A DNA stretch of 64,000 nt from Schmidtea polychroa (lineage: Eukaryota). The notes below the pieces were generated by a model. That model did not search any database. It had not been told where the DNA came from and was given only the letters and a program-made list of their open reading frames with translations. Positions 1-11,163 of this stretch are shown here, in pieces. The translations under genes and the position numbers were made by a program. Positions within the stretch are counted from its first letter, which is position 1, and each line of letters opens with the position of its first letter. The stretch is from assembly GCA_044892525.1 (NCBI GenBank), contig CM097885.1, positions 3,968,001 to 4,032,000 of the forward strand, written 5' to 3'.

Positions 1-1148
1 TTCAGTTACTTAGTATTAAACTAAGGAAGCCGAAGACTAATAAATAGGAAATTTAAAAGATTCAATTACTAGACTTAAATTACTCTCTGGCAATCCGACA
101 ATCCATCTAACACAAAAATCGTGAAAATAAATACCAAAAAATAAGGAAGGTTCTTCTTTTATTGTTTCAATTTGAAAAATATTTATTTGTTATATTTTAT
201 TATCATTATGTTTAATTTATCTGTAGCTCACATTACACACATTCATCAGAGCTTTCCTGAAACATTTTATTTACTGGAGACTCGGCTGGGCTCTAGATCC
301 TTTCTTTTTTCCACGAAGCATGAAATGAAAACAACAAACTTCTTAAAATAATACACTCATAACAACAGGAACCTCCCAACAATTATAATCATTGCTATAA
401 CAATAATAAAGTGATAGTTACACTGGGTTTATCATAAAACGTAAAATTAAATACACATAAAAATTTACTGTCGGTTTTGTCCCAAGAAGTTCAGTAGATC
501 AATAAAATACGGTTTGAATTAGCTATCAAATTGGATTTCTAAATGAAATTCGAATTATTCCTCAGGAGGTTCTAATTGGATTTATTGAAAGGTGTTTGAA
601 GTCTAAATGGGTGTTTTGAAAGGTAAAGTGTCCACTGAGACAGTCCTTTATATAGATTTGTTAATGTAAACCGAACCAACCAGGATCAAGCCAGTGTGTA
701 TTTTTGATCAATTTTTTATGAGTTTTTACCTTCTAAATTCCAATCATTTTTATTGGATTCTTTTATTTTTTGTTTTAATTTATTAATTTATTTTTAAATT
801 ACACTCTTTTTGATTCTGATTGTTTGGTAAATCGCTTTCTTACACCATCTTTATCGCATGGATTCGGAGCTGTTTTCTGCATCTTAGTCTCTTTTGTCAA
901 CGATTATTTCTTTGTTTTTATGTGCGACGTTTTGCATTTAACAGTTTTTATTATTTTTGTTATTTTATTACATCTTGTAATGTTTTTATTTCTGTTTACT
1001 TGATGTTTTGATTTCTTTTAAATAAACTTTATTCTTTTTCTATGTTGTGTTGGTGTCTCAGTTGACTCTTTACCTTCAATATTTTATTAATTAATACAAG
1101 AAAAGCTTATTTGGAAAATATTTTATTTTATTTCTTTTCAGCTCAACA
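1..1148 (-). mobile_element. Partial LTR-like element of the TGTTG(G/A)GCTGA family
   Basis: The minus strand starts TGTTGAGCTGAAAA at 1148. An A-rich tract and a GTTGGTTCG...TATATAAG promoter-like motif follow (~700-645), in the same order as in elements 3125-5685 and 17576-21577. The far end is not identified. Confidence 0.4.
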
Positions 1149-3432
1149 AATCTATTGTTGGGCGTTCATGCGAAAACAAACCGGCAATTACTCACAACTT
1201 ATCATTGCGTAGGTCTATGGCTGAAGGTTGACTAAAGTGAAAACGATGGAAGATTTATGCGGAGAACATGAGGCAGGTGAGCCCCTACGTTAGGACAACT
1301 CCACCATGCTCTTCCTAGCGGGTGCTCGTTAGAAGGTGTCGAAGTTTACGAGAGTATATGCGCATAACTAATAGTTGAAAGCGGGTATTGAATGCGAGTA
1401 CCTAATTATATATATGTATTATATTTGTATTTGTAGATGCGTGTGTGTTAAGGAGATTTGCAGAGCCCAGTCGAGTCTCCAGTAAATAAACTGTCTTGGG
1501 ACAGCTGGGGTGAATGTGTGTATGTGAATCAAAAATAATGACAAAAACTAAAGAATAACAAATAATAACTAATTTTTTAACTCTAAACTTATATATGAGA
1601 ATGTGATTAAGATCTCCAATCCAGCATATTTGCGATGAACGATTAGAACGTCACCTTCAGAATGATTGATAAGGAAACATCATTTTATGCCATATCATAC
1701 TCGGATTCCAAAGGGCATGGTCGCTAGGTAAATTAATTTATTCGATATATATTGCTAGAAGTAACACGATTTGTAATATTTTATGTTTCATAACATTTTT
1801 ACAATTATCATTTATGAAAGAACTCTGGTGGATCTGTCTATCATGACTGTCTAGAGACGGTCGGTAGTAATTTAGTGGTGTCGAGGTGAGTCATGGTAAG
1901 TAGAGAAGCTTCTATTAGGAAATTTATTTGAGTGAATTGAGTTAAAGGCAGTTGGGAGTTCCCTTCGAGTGGCAAGAGAATATAGTTTCGTGAAACGTAA
2001 ACATCCAAGAAACATCTTTAAATCTCGTAGTAGTTCCAAATCTTTTCGATAATCAAATCCTATAAGAAAATGTAGGAAATTTCCATCTGAGAAAATAACG
2101 TCGAAACGACCATTTAGATTAGTTCCCTCACACGTTCATTGAGAATTCTTCTTACAGAGTTTCTTTAACTCAAAGATCGGCTGTAATTTAGAAATCGAGA
2201 CGAGTCCATGATCATAATTGTCCATCTGAATTTGCAGAAATCAGCTATAGGATATTCCGTGTAGAAATACATATTTCAATTAGCATCATTGGCGTATCTC
2301 GATTTTCGATGAAGTTTTATCATCACGACCAACATGCGGCATTTGTTGGCCATTGATTAAGGCCATTGATGGGCATATAATAAGCATCCGCTTAATGTTA
2401 GGAGATTTAACGTAAATGCAATAATAGACGGCATAAAGAATTGCAAAGGCCCGAGAAATGGATTTAATCAAATAGACAAAGCTGTTTATCAGATCTACTT
2501 GACTCGATATGGGTGTTGATAATAAATTGAATTAATGTAAATTCACCCCGGAAACCGAGGAAAGCTTTAGGTCAATAAACAGCGAATATACAGAGATTGT
2601 TTATCCCCATAGCCGATCTACAGCTAGGACCGAACACCCGATATGACAAGAATATGATAAACAAAATAAAAAATAAATTTTCTCGAATAACTAATATCCA
2701 ATTAAGCCCTTTTAATAAATTATCTGTCGGAAAAGTATTATTCTTAATCATTCTCATCTGAAGTCTCATAGTTCCTAAAGTTAAGCAATAAAAATCTTTC
2801 ATCGACTCTAACCAAATCATATTTTCCCAAACTTATAGTACTTAATCATTAATAAATGATGATTTAAATTCAATACAAAGGCAAAATTGATCAAATCTTG
2901 CCCTGACAAAGACACTATTCTAAGGATGAAATTATTGAATGTTGAGTGTAATATTATGACCGTGGGTAAGAAAAGTAATGAGGATAAAAAATACTCGAAT
3001 TTTTACGGCATGTTTTTCACGATGCCAGGATAAATTATCTTGATAAGCTTCCTTTTTCTAGAATGTGCGAGTCAAGTTTACTGCCAAAAGGCCCTTAACC
3101 GTGCTTCTTCTGCGCGGATTAAAATGTTGGGCTGAGTCGAAAACATAAATTTGGAAATTAAGACAAGCAGGACATTAAATAAAATAAAAATAAGACGAAC
3201 AAAGTTAAAAAATAAATCGAAATACAAAAGAAACAAATAAATTTGGATATAAGAATTAAAACAAAAAATAAAAATAAGAAAATTAAAATAGGAAAATAAA
3301 ATGACGAATAAAATAACGTAAAATTCAATAAATAATGAGGAAATTAAAGAAACAAATAAAAAATATAATAGAAATAAGAAAAATTAAGAAAAATAACCAA
3401 AAACAGAAAAAGTAATTTAAATTAGAACAAAT

Positions 3433-3485
3433 AAGCGGTACTCAATTCTGATTGGTCCGCATAAATGAAAAATCTGTATATAAGC
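3433..3485 (+). promoter_or_regulatory. CCAAT-box (ATTGG) plus TATA promoter-like motif
   Basis: TAAGCGGTACTCAATTCTGATTGGTCCGCA...TATATAAG, conserved at 17899-17952 although the surrounding sequence has diverged. Confidence 0.55.
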
Positions 3486-3882
3486 AAACATTAAAATCAG
3501 TACACTTACCGTTAAATTTAAAACTTCTTAGGTAAAACGACCATCAGTGACATTCAGAAACTATACTACGAAAGAATCATCAGCGACAAATACAGATATC
3601 ATTCAACAGCGAGATCCATTAAATTTTCGACTCAGCCTTTCAATATCTACAGAATAATTCGGTAAGAATGTTGTTTAATAAAACTAGTATATATGCCGTA
3701 ATGATTGAATGTTTAGTATATTAAATTAAATTCTAAGTATCTTTATCTTTTCTTTTCATTTGATCCGTTTTTAGTAATTGTAACGAAGTCAGTAATGCAA
3801 TTGATAACAATAAATGTATTATTCAGAAATTTTTGAGCTATTTTATGATCGAATATTTATAAATTTTTATGTTATGAGAAAC

Positions 3883-4010
3883 GTGGAGTTGAGACGTTTC
3901 ATACCATAGTGTGAGGGGCCTTCGAGTGCTCAACCGGTGGGTATGAAACGCTTCAATCACGCAGCTGATTCGGGCCGAAATGTGGGGGCTTCCTCACGGG
4001 TCCGTCACTG
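3883..4010 (+). ncRNA. Candidate structured RNA (long stem plus pseudoknot)
   Basis: A 17-bp stem (16 of 17 positions pair) shows compensatory changes versus 18418-18550. The loop GTGAGG can pair with downstream CCTCAC. The strand is assumed from the promoter. Confidence 0.55.
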
Positions 4011-7000
4011 AAGATGCGACTAAAATTTACGAGCGGTATTCTGGAAAATAATGTCTATTTAGAGTTTAAAAAGAGTCACGCTAATAGTATGAAATGAAGA
4101 AAAATCTTTGGAGAGTTCGCGCAGTGATTGGGGATGTCACACAAATCGACACGTAGTATCACCTTTACTAAACTTAGATCATCTCTAGCATCGGGGAAAT
4201 CCATACAAAATTCTATTAATTCGTTCTGATCATTATTATCATCATATTGAACATATTAATCGAGTTCGTAATCCAACTCAAAGTTGTTCTTATAACCTTC
4301 AGTCCACTTAACTTCGTAAATTCTATTTCACCTCCTATGCCCCTCGTGTATACTCAACTTAGATCCATTTGTCACGAAGTCTTACATTATGGCTAAATCC
4401 GAAAAAGAATTATTTACCTTGTAGATAGTTTTTAAAAAAAAAAATTAACTATAAAGTACTATGGAATCAAACCGAATTCACAAGACAATGTAACACAGTG
4501 AAATTTATTTTTTTTTAAAAACGATCCAGCACGATATCTACTTAGAACACCGAACACATAATGTCTGAGGTAAATTGTGAGAGACCAAGATGAGATTTCA
4601 TCAATACGATATTCCATCCAAGTTCGAAAAATCCGATTTTTGATGCAGTTTAGAGAACAGTAAAATGTCAGCAGTTGTCGAATTGTTTTCCACGATCGTT
4701 GAGGCACTAGCGCAAATTTCCAATAGATAGTGATAATTTCCATGAACTAACAGCAGAAGATTTCCACGATGAGAGCTTACAGCAGCATAGACGATAATAT
4801 ATTTTAAATAAGCATCCAGTGAGAACTACGAGACATGTGGTATGACCAAATATCTGTGAAACTAGCATATACTAATTCAATTAGATGAAATAACAACATC
4901 CAGATCCGATAATGGGACGACAGCATGAGAATTCACATCAAAGTAGGACAAATGAAAACACCCACAGCACTAGAGTATAAACTCATACACTAGATAAGTT
5001 TCTCCGCAACCGCCACACGCACACACACCGAATGGTAGAGAGATAACCAGCATGCGAGTATACCAGTGGCCGTGACAAGGCATCCATGAGTTGTTTAACA
5101 GATGAATTTATACACGTCGTGGGTATAGCGACCGTTATCAGTGTAATCAAGTCACTGAATTTTCTTCATCCTCAATTTACGTCACATTAAGTAGGTCAAC
5201 CCAAGCGTGAGTGAGAATGACTTTAACAGATTTAGGTGGTGAAACTCTGATCTCACTCGCTAATCGAATAATTTTAGTTAATCAAATGTTTATGCCTCTA
5301 ACCGATTGAATCATTTTATGTACCACATCTGGTTAATTTAATAATGATAGTAAGATTTCTCCCCCCGACATTCAGGCACATCGATAATCCGTTTTGGTAG
5401 CTTATTTCAATGACAATGGATGTAATACCACGGGGTTTTACCATCCACTTTTCTTTTATGAACTCCGATAAGGTAGAGAAGGTTAGCCGTCTGAAGGGGT
5501 TTCTCTTGTCAGCATGATGTCACCTTTCTTTATTGTCGCGAGGTGTGCAGGCGGATTGTAAAAACTATAAAACCACAAATGACTGTCTGTCCTGTAATAA
5601 CGATTTGGGAATCGTAGTGAATTGCGATAATTATCTTCATTTTAAAGGTTAAATTCGTTGGAGTCAACCGAGTAGTGCCCCAGCAAAAATACGGATATCC
5701 GAAAATTAAACAAATATGTTGGGCAATTGAAAAAGCGAATAGAAAATAACGAGTGCACGTGGTTCTCCACACCACAAATGAAGGAGGAGAAGACCAAGGT
5801 ATTACGGCTGAAGCACTGTAGGGATAGTCTCCTAAAAGAAAGCCGGTACCAACGTTTAACAATCAAGGCCTAGTCGGAAGCCTTGTATAAAGTATATTCA
5901 AAGGCCGAAATCCAACGAAGTATTCGGGAATACCCTATAAAAGACGGAACAAACGTGTTTCCGTTGCACTATCAAGAGAATTAACCACAGTTGCCAAGAA
6001 CCAGTTGTGTTGAGCAAGGATGCCATTTCCTACCTCTGACGGATCCCGTTCTCTCCGGATCATCTAAACCCAATCGTGTATCTACGGAAACCACAGAAAT
6101 TTTTTTTTTTTTTACTGCGTCGATACCTTTTTCTGATAATAAGGATCTCGCCTCATCCGCTAAGAAACGGAAAAGCCCGTGTTGGGCCGAGAAAAATCAA
6201 AAGCCACGAGATACTATTGCTACTCTAGAAGCATCCCTGTTCGCTGTTCAATCTTCTAAAGAGCAATTTCCCAAGATTGATAGGTCCATTTTGAGAGAAG
6301 ATTTCCGGATAGTTTCCACCGAGATATTCCACCTACGAGAAGACGCAAGGCTACAGGTGGGCATAGACGCCCTGTTAGCTGAGGGCGAAATGTTTTCACC
6401 TGCTCAAATGACCCGTATCCCGAATGAAGTGTGAAATTGTATCATGTCCTTTAACCTTCGTTGTAGAACTCATTTGTAATTACCATGTGTTTTCACGTTG
6501 TGCATTTAAATTTGTTAGTGTTGAATTTGATATGGTCAACTTCGTTGTTTTAATTTTGTGTTTGGAATTCATGGACAGTTATGTAATAGAGAGGTTTAAT
6601 CATAGAAAGACGTCCCTTGGACCAGGATGTCGGTTTGTGTAAATGAGACGAGCTAAGACCTTCTACGGCACTTTAGAATCCAAACTGTGAACTTTACCAG
6701 GAATAGTTCTACCATGGGAGGTCACCTACCGGTAGATTCCAACCTATGTGCGCAGTAGCAACGTGTTACATCACCACGGGCACACATAAGGGAGATGATT
6801 CACAAACCATGAAGGTTACTTGGGTGATTCTATCTGAGTATATAAATAGTTTCTTTTCCCCCTAAGTAACCAACAATTTTATTTATTTTTCATTGCGATA
6901 ATTTACTTTTGTAAATTATCGCTATATTGTTTGGTTACACTTTTTATTGATTCAACCACACTTGATACAACCCTTTTTGCTCTGCACTTTTCAATACCAG

Positions 7001-7859
7001 TGTAAATCTTATATAGGGATAAATCTTCTAACGGGAGATGCTGCTTTCTGGTGAGCTCGATTTTATAATCTGCAGTTTACACTAAGTTCAAAGTTTTCTT
7101 TATTACTCTCACTAAATCTTTAGTTTAATTTTCTTCCATCAACTAGCAATTCTGTTTTCTAGCCGGTCACTTTTATACCTCTCTCGTAATTTGAATCGCT
7201 GTGTAAAATTAGTTCGAATCCAATTTCGCCCCGGGTTTCCTCTTGTCGCTTTAAAGAATTTCTCCTTTGACGACTTACCTTAATTTGATTTTGAGGTTCT
7301 CTCACATCGCTCGGGTTTTCCATTTGTCGGGTTTTCCAGTGTCTCTAATTCTCCATTAGTTAATTAATTTTTAATAAATTTTAGTTTTTTATAATTAATG
7401 ACCCCCACTGATTTTATTTTATTATATTTGAACTCGTCTCATTACTCGGCTGATTCATAGCGGCATTTAAAAGTAAAGTTTTCATGAATGCCTTTAAGTA
7501 AATCTATCAGCGACACTAGGACATTTAAACAACACAACGAACGAATTTCAGGTTCCAAAATATTTTCTTATAGCTTTTATATTTAAAATCCAGCTCGTTG
7601 TCTAATTTCTAATTTTTTTTAAATCTTAAGGATTTCAAGATAAATTTTGTAAGTAAAATTCTTTTATCAAATTTATGAAATTTGTGAATTTAAATATTAA
7701 TTAAATATTAATTATTAATTTACATGAAATCATTTCTGATTTAATAATATTATATTTGAACACTTATCGAATGAAAAAGTGAATAAATTTATGAAATGTT
7801 ACATTGTTTAATATTAAATCATTTCATTAGCTGTTAAGAAGATCTCATTAAAAGAATGC

Positions 7860-8330
7860 GTAACAGAATTTGATAAAGTATAGAAAGCACCGATTGTCCT
7901 CATCGCATCGACAGCTCTCATTTTGGTAAACTTACCCAAACTGATGTGAAAGCAATTTGGAACATTTTATCAGTATTGTTGTTGCGGATTGCGCTGAAAT
8001 GCCTCACAAATAGCTGGCGGAGGTGAAATGTTAAGGCATTAATCAATTTGATATAAGGCAATTTTAGTATTGCATTTAGGTGCATTTTACTGCCATTCAA
8101 TACAGCAATAATTTCTCCACAACTCATATAACATCAGCAGCAGTAGCGATGGCGGTTTTCTCGTCGGTTCCATTCGTCATAGGAGCGCTTGATTTGTTGA
8201 GGCGATTTGTCAGCGCTTATATTCGGGTGGATTTTGATTGGATTATTTCTTTCACATTAATTATTAATTTAATTATAATAAATATAATGATAATATCGGA
8301 TGGAAGGCGCGGGGGGGGGGAGAATGACAA
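7860..8330 (-). repeat. Dispersed unidentified gene-like fragment (GEIIAVLNGSKMHLNAILKLPYIKL...)
   Basis: Near-identical copies at about 21900-22203, 33460-33960, 39278-39560, 49980-50430 and 58807-59100. Confidence 0.8.
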
Positions 8331-8445
8331 TGATTATCTTAATAATTATCTCATATAATAAATCAATAATAATAATAAGGCAAATAATAAATCAGATCAA
8401 AAGCCAAAATAAATCAATTTTTTGTTGAAATGTTTTTCTAATTTT

Positions 8446-9870
8446 TCATAATTTTTCAATTCTGCACCTGAGCAGCAATTTATCACTTTTGGCTGCTAAT
8501 TTATAGGCTGAGCGATCATAATAAATGCAAACTGGATAATTTCTGTCATCTGACGGTTTCCCCCATCCGGCATCATCAGGGCGATCTGAATATATCAGTG
8601 ACTCGCTCATATAAATGTTGCCATTTGCTGGATCGATCACATCGATTGTCACCGATTGATTGAACGGCCAGTCCAATTGCTCATCATTTGCCCCACGCAT
8701 CACACAGAAACCAACATCAACCCAATCATAATCATCCCCAATCTCCACCGTCAAGCACATTTTGTAACCGATTGGCCCGGAATAAAATGCCTTGCTGTAA
8801 ATCAATTCATTTCTCTTTTGTTGTGAAAATTTATCGATTTGCCATTCAAAAAATCCATAATTTATATATTTTTCACTTCCTAATTTTGTTTCAATCTGCC
8901 GAATTTCATTGGCGCATTTTGCCATTTCAAATTGCAACTGAATCTCAAATTCAAACATTTCAATAAATCAATAAATCACCTTTTCATTCTCCCGTTGCAG
9001 TCGCTGCTCGCATTTCTCTTTCATCTCATCAATTTGCTGTTGACAGTTTGCTTCAATCACCTCAATTTGCTCTTTGACCTGCTTTGCATCAATAACAAAT
9101 TAATAACAAATCAAATCAATAATCAAACTTGATTGATTGATCCAATATTTGTTTCCATCTCCATTCTCAATGAGCGATTCTCATTCTTCAATGCCACCAT
9201 TTCCTCATTCAATTCTTCTATTTCTGCTCTGTTCTCCGCCTCTTTCCTTTCAACATTGCACAATTTCACCTAAAATCACAAATATCAATTAAATTAATTA
9301 CAAATAAAATTTTACATTGATATTAATAATTTCCTCACGCAATTTGACATTCTCCTCTCTCATTGCCTGCATCTCATTGCACAAATTGCTGGTCTGATCA
9401 ATCAGTAATTTGCTATGGTCTTCATTGTTCTCATTGAGATGTATTTTCATTTCGTCCTTCTCTACTCCAATCATTTCGCATCCAATTCTATTGAACGGGC
9501 ATCTAATTGGTTGCTTGTTACATGTTCTCATGTGACTCTCCATCATGCACAACTCGGTTTTGAATACACAATTTTGCATTGGGCATTTTACAGTGACTTC
9601 AGATATCCTTAAATTGACTGGGTGATCCACAGAAACATCCTTATTGAAAAGAATAGTTTGAACTTCACAATATTTTGCTGCTCCTGGACAGAATTTATCT
9701 TTTCCATCCAAATAATGCTCAATGCAATCAGAACAAAAGCGACAACCGCAAGGAGCATTGCAAGCATTTATCATTAAACATTTGCAAATTCTGCATATCA
9801 ATTCACTGCTGATTTCATTATCAAATTCAAATTTATTTCTCTTCATCATTTCCCATACGCTTGCAAACAT
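8446..9870 (-). CDS. TRAF-like protein, copy 1 (about 430 aa; RING variant, TRAF zinc finger, coiled coil, MATH)
   Basis: Exons 9870-9316, 9269-9129, 9078-8980 and 8943-8446 are joined by phase-0 GT-AG introns of 46, 50 and 36 nt, and the spliced frame is open. RING CRIC...CGCRFCSDC...CP; MATH FYSGPIGYKMCL...MRGANDEQLDWPF. Confidence 0.9.
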
Positions 9871-10334
9871 TTTATCTAAAATTAATAAAATTATCAAAAT
9901 ATTTCAACATTTTACAACATAAATCATAAATCATACTTATTATATTGATTATTTCCTCTGACGTTTACAATTTCAATATTTATAATTTGTATTTTGATGT
10001 AGATAAACAAACATTTTATAAATATTGTATTTTAGCTTTGAGCGCAATTCGAAATATTATTAATGTTAATTTTCAGCGTTTTTCTCATTTATTTTAAATC
10101 TTACAAAATTATTTAAATTATAATTTGATAATAAAAAGTAAAATTTTAATGGAAAGTTAAATAAATCCAAATTAAAAATAGATCAAAATATAAAAATAAA
10201 TATTTTTCATAAAATATTAAAATAAAAAAAGTAATTATTTAAAGAAATTTATCTGAAATTAGAATTTATTTGAACAGATTAAAAAGAAATTCAAAATCAT
10301 CATAGCAAAAATAGAAATATAAATAAAATCAATA

Positions 10335-10715
10335 TAAACATTACAAGCTTTGTGATACCCAGTGCAAATCCCAATAGTAGACTAGTTTCGAGCTTTTGGT
10401 TCTCATCAGGATTATGCAGGAGACGCGAAGATTATTCTTCGCGCCAGTTAACTATATAATATTGCTGATTCAACTCGATTGCATACTTTCCCTGGTACAC
10501 TGGAAATCGCATCACTTGCAAATTAGCTAATTCACATAAGAAATATCTGCAAACTTGTAAAAATGGCGAATGAAAAATCATATTCACCTCTGGAGAACAA
10601 AATAGTTTAGACACAGAAACTTTTCACAAGTGCATCCGTAAACCTTTAGCTAAGCTCAAACTTCTCTACTATTGGGATTTGCACTGGTTATCACAAAGCT
10701 TGTAATGTTTATATT
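10335..10715. mobile_element. Penelope-like inverted pseudo-LTR pair
   Basis: Inverted repeat of about 45 bp (ACATTACAAGCTTTGTGATA.CCAGTGCAAATCCCAATAGTAG) at ~10335-10380 and ~10666-10712, adjoining an intact and a degenerate hammerhead. Confidence 0.6.
10374..10416 (-). ncRNA. Minimal type I hammerhead ribozyme
   Basis: The minus strand reads AUAAUC-CUGAUGA-G..C-GAAAC-UA-GUC-UACUAU: complete core, palindromic ACUAGU helix III, and helix I with one A-C mismatch. Confidence 0.75.
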
Positions 10716-10974
10716 ATTCAAATGTTAGACATCCATTACACCATTAAAATTCAATATTTTTTCTTGAAATAATTTTTAACAAAATAACAAAAAATTTTCA
10801 TTAAATTTTTAAAGAAAAATTGTTTAGGATTTGAATATAATTTAACTGGGTAACGCTAAACGGGTTATTAATGTATTCTGGAATTGTGAGGTTTTGGCCA
10901 TTGATCTAATGATCTCGTTATGGTTAGTAATGTTTGGAATGATCCACAATTAGATAAGAATGAATAAATGTTAA

Positions 10975-11163
10975 TTGACTGATATGTCGAATGATGAAGT
11001 GAATATTAGCATTGATACTAACAAACAAGATGAGCCAAAATATACGATGGTATTGCCGTATTCGGAAGGATATAAAGATTTCAAAAGAAAGATATGTGAA
11101 CAACTAGCTAGACAAAGATTTGTCTATAATAAAAATAATTGTGAATCAAGTGAATTTGATTAA
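10975..11163 (+). pseudogene. Possible Penelope-like element ORF remnant
   Basis: VLPYSEGYKDFKRKICEQL resembles the LPY motif between RT and GIY-YIG in PLEs, and it lies next to the hammerhead repeats. Confidence 0.35.

Larger units (their letters stand above)
3125..5685 (+). mobile_element. 2.56-kb TG...CA element with AAAA target-site duplication (ORF-less family member)
   Basis: AAAA|TGTTGGGCTGAG ... GAGTCAACCGAGTAGTGCCCCAGCA|AAAA. The termini match 17576-21577, and removing the element restores the reading frame of the flanking ORF. Confidence 0.8.
3062..6434 (+). pseudogene. Interrupted copy of an unknown CxxC/coiled-coil ORF
   Basis: PCFFCAD* lies before 3125 and NTDIRKLNKYVGQLKKRIENNECTWFSTPQMKE...HCRDSLL...ALYKVY...NVFPLH after 5689. 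It aligns with the ORF at 20326-21031. It has 3 in-frame stops and is split by the 3125-5685 insertion. Confidence 0.7.

Noticed and set aside
3963-3982. CTGATTCGGGCCGAAA as a hammerhead or SRP helix 8
   Set aside because: It lacks the invariant CUGANGA and the SRP AGCAG motif. It is kept only as part of the unclassified structure.
9871-9897. MIILLILDK N-terminus of the listed TRAF ORFs
   Set aside because: It lies in an upstream intron ending TTTTAG. The plausible start is ATGTTTGCA at 9870.
8688-9922. Plus-strand ORFs overlapping the TRAF genes
   Set aside because: Antisense shadows of the real minus-strand exons.
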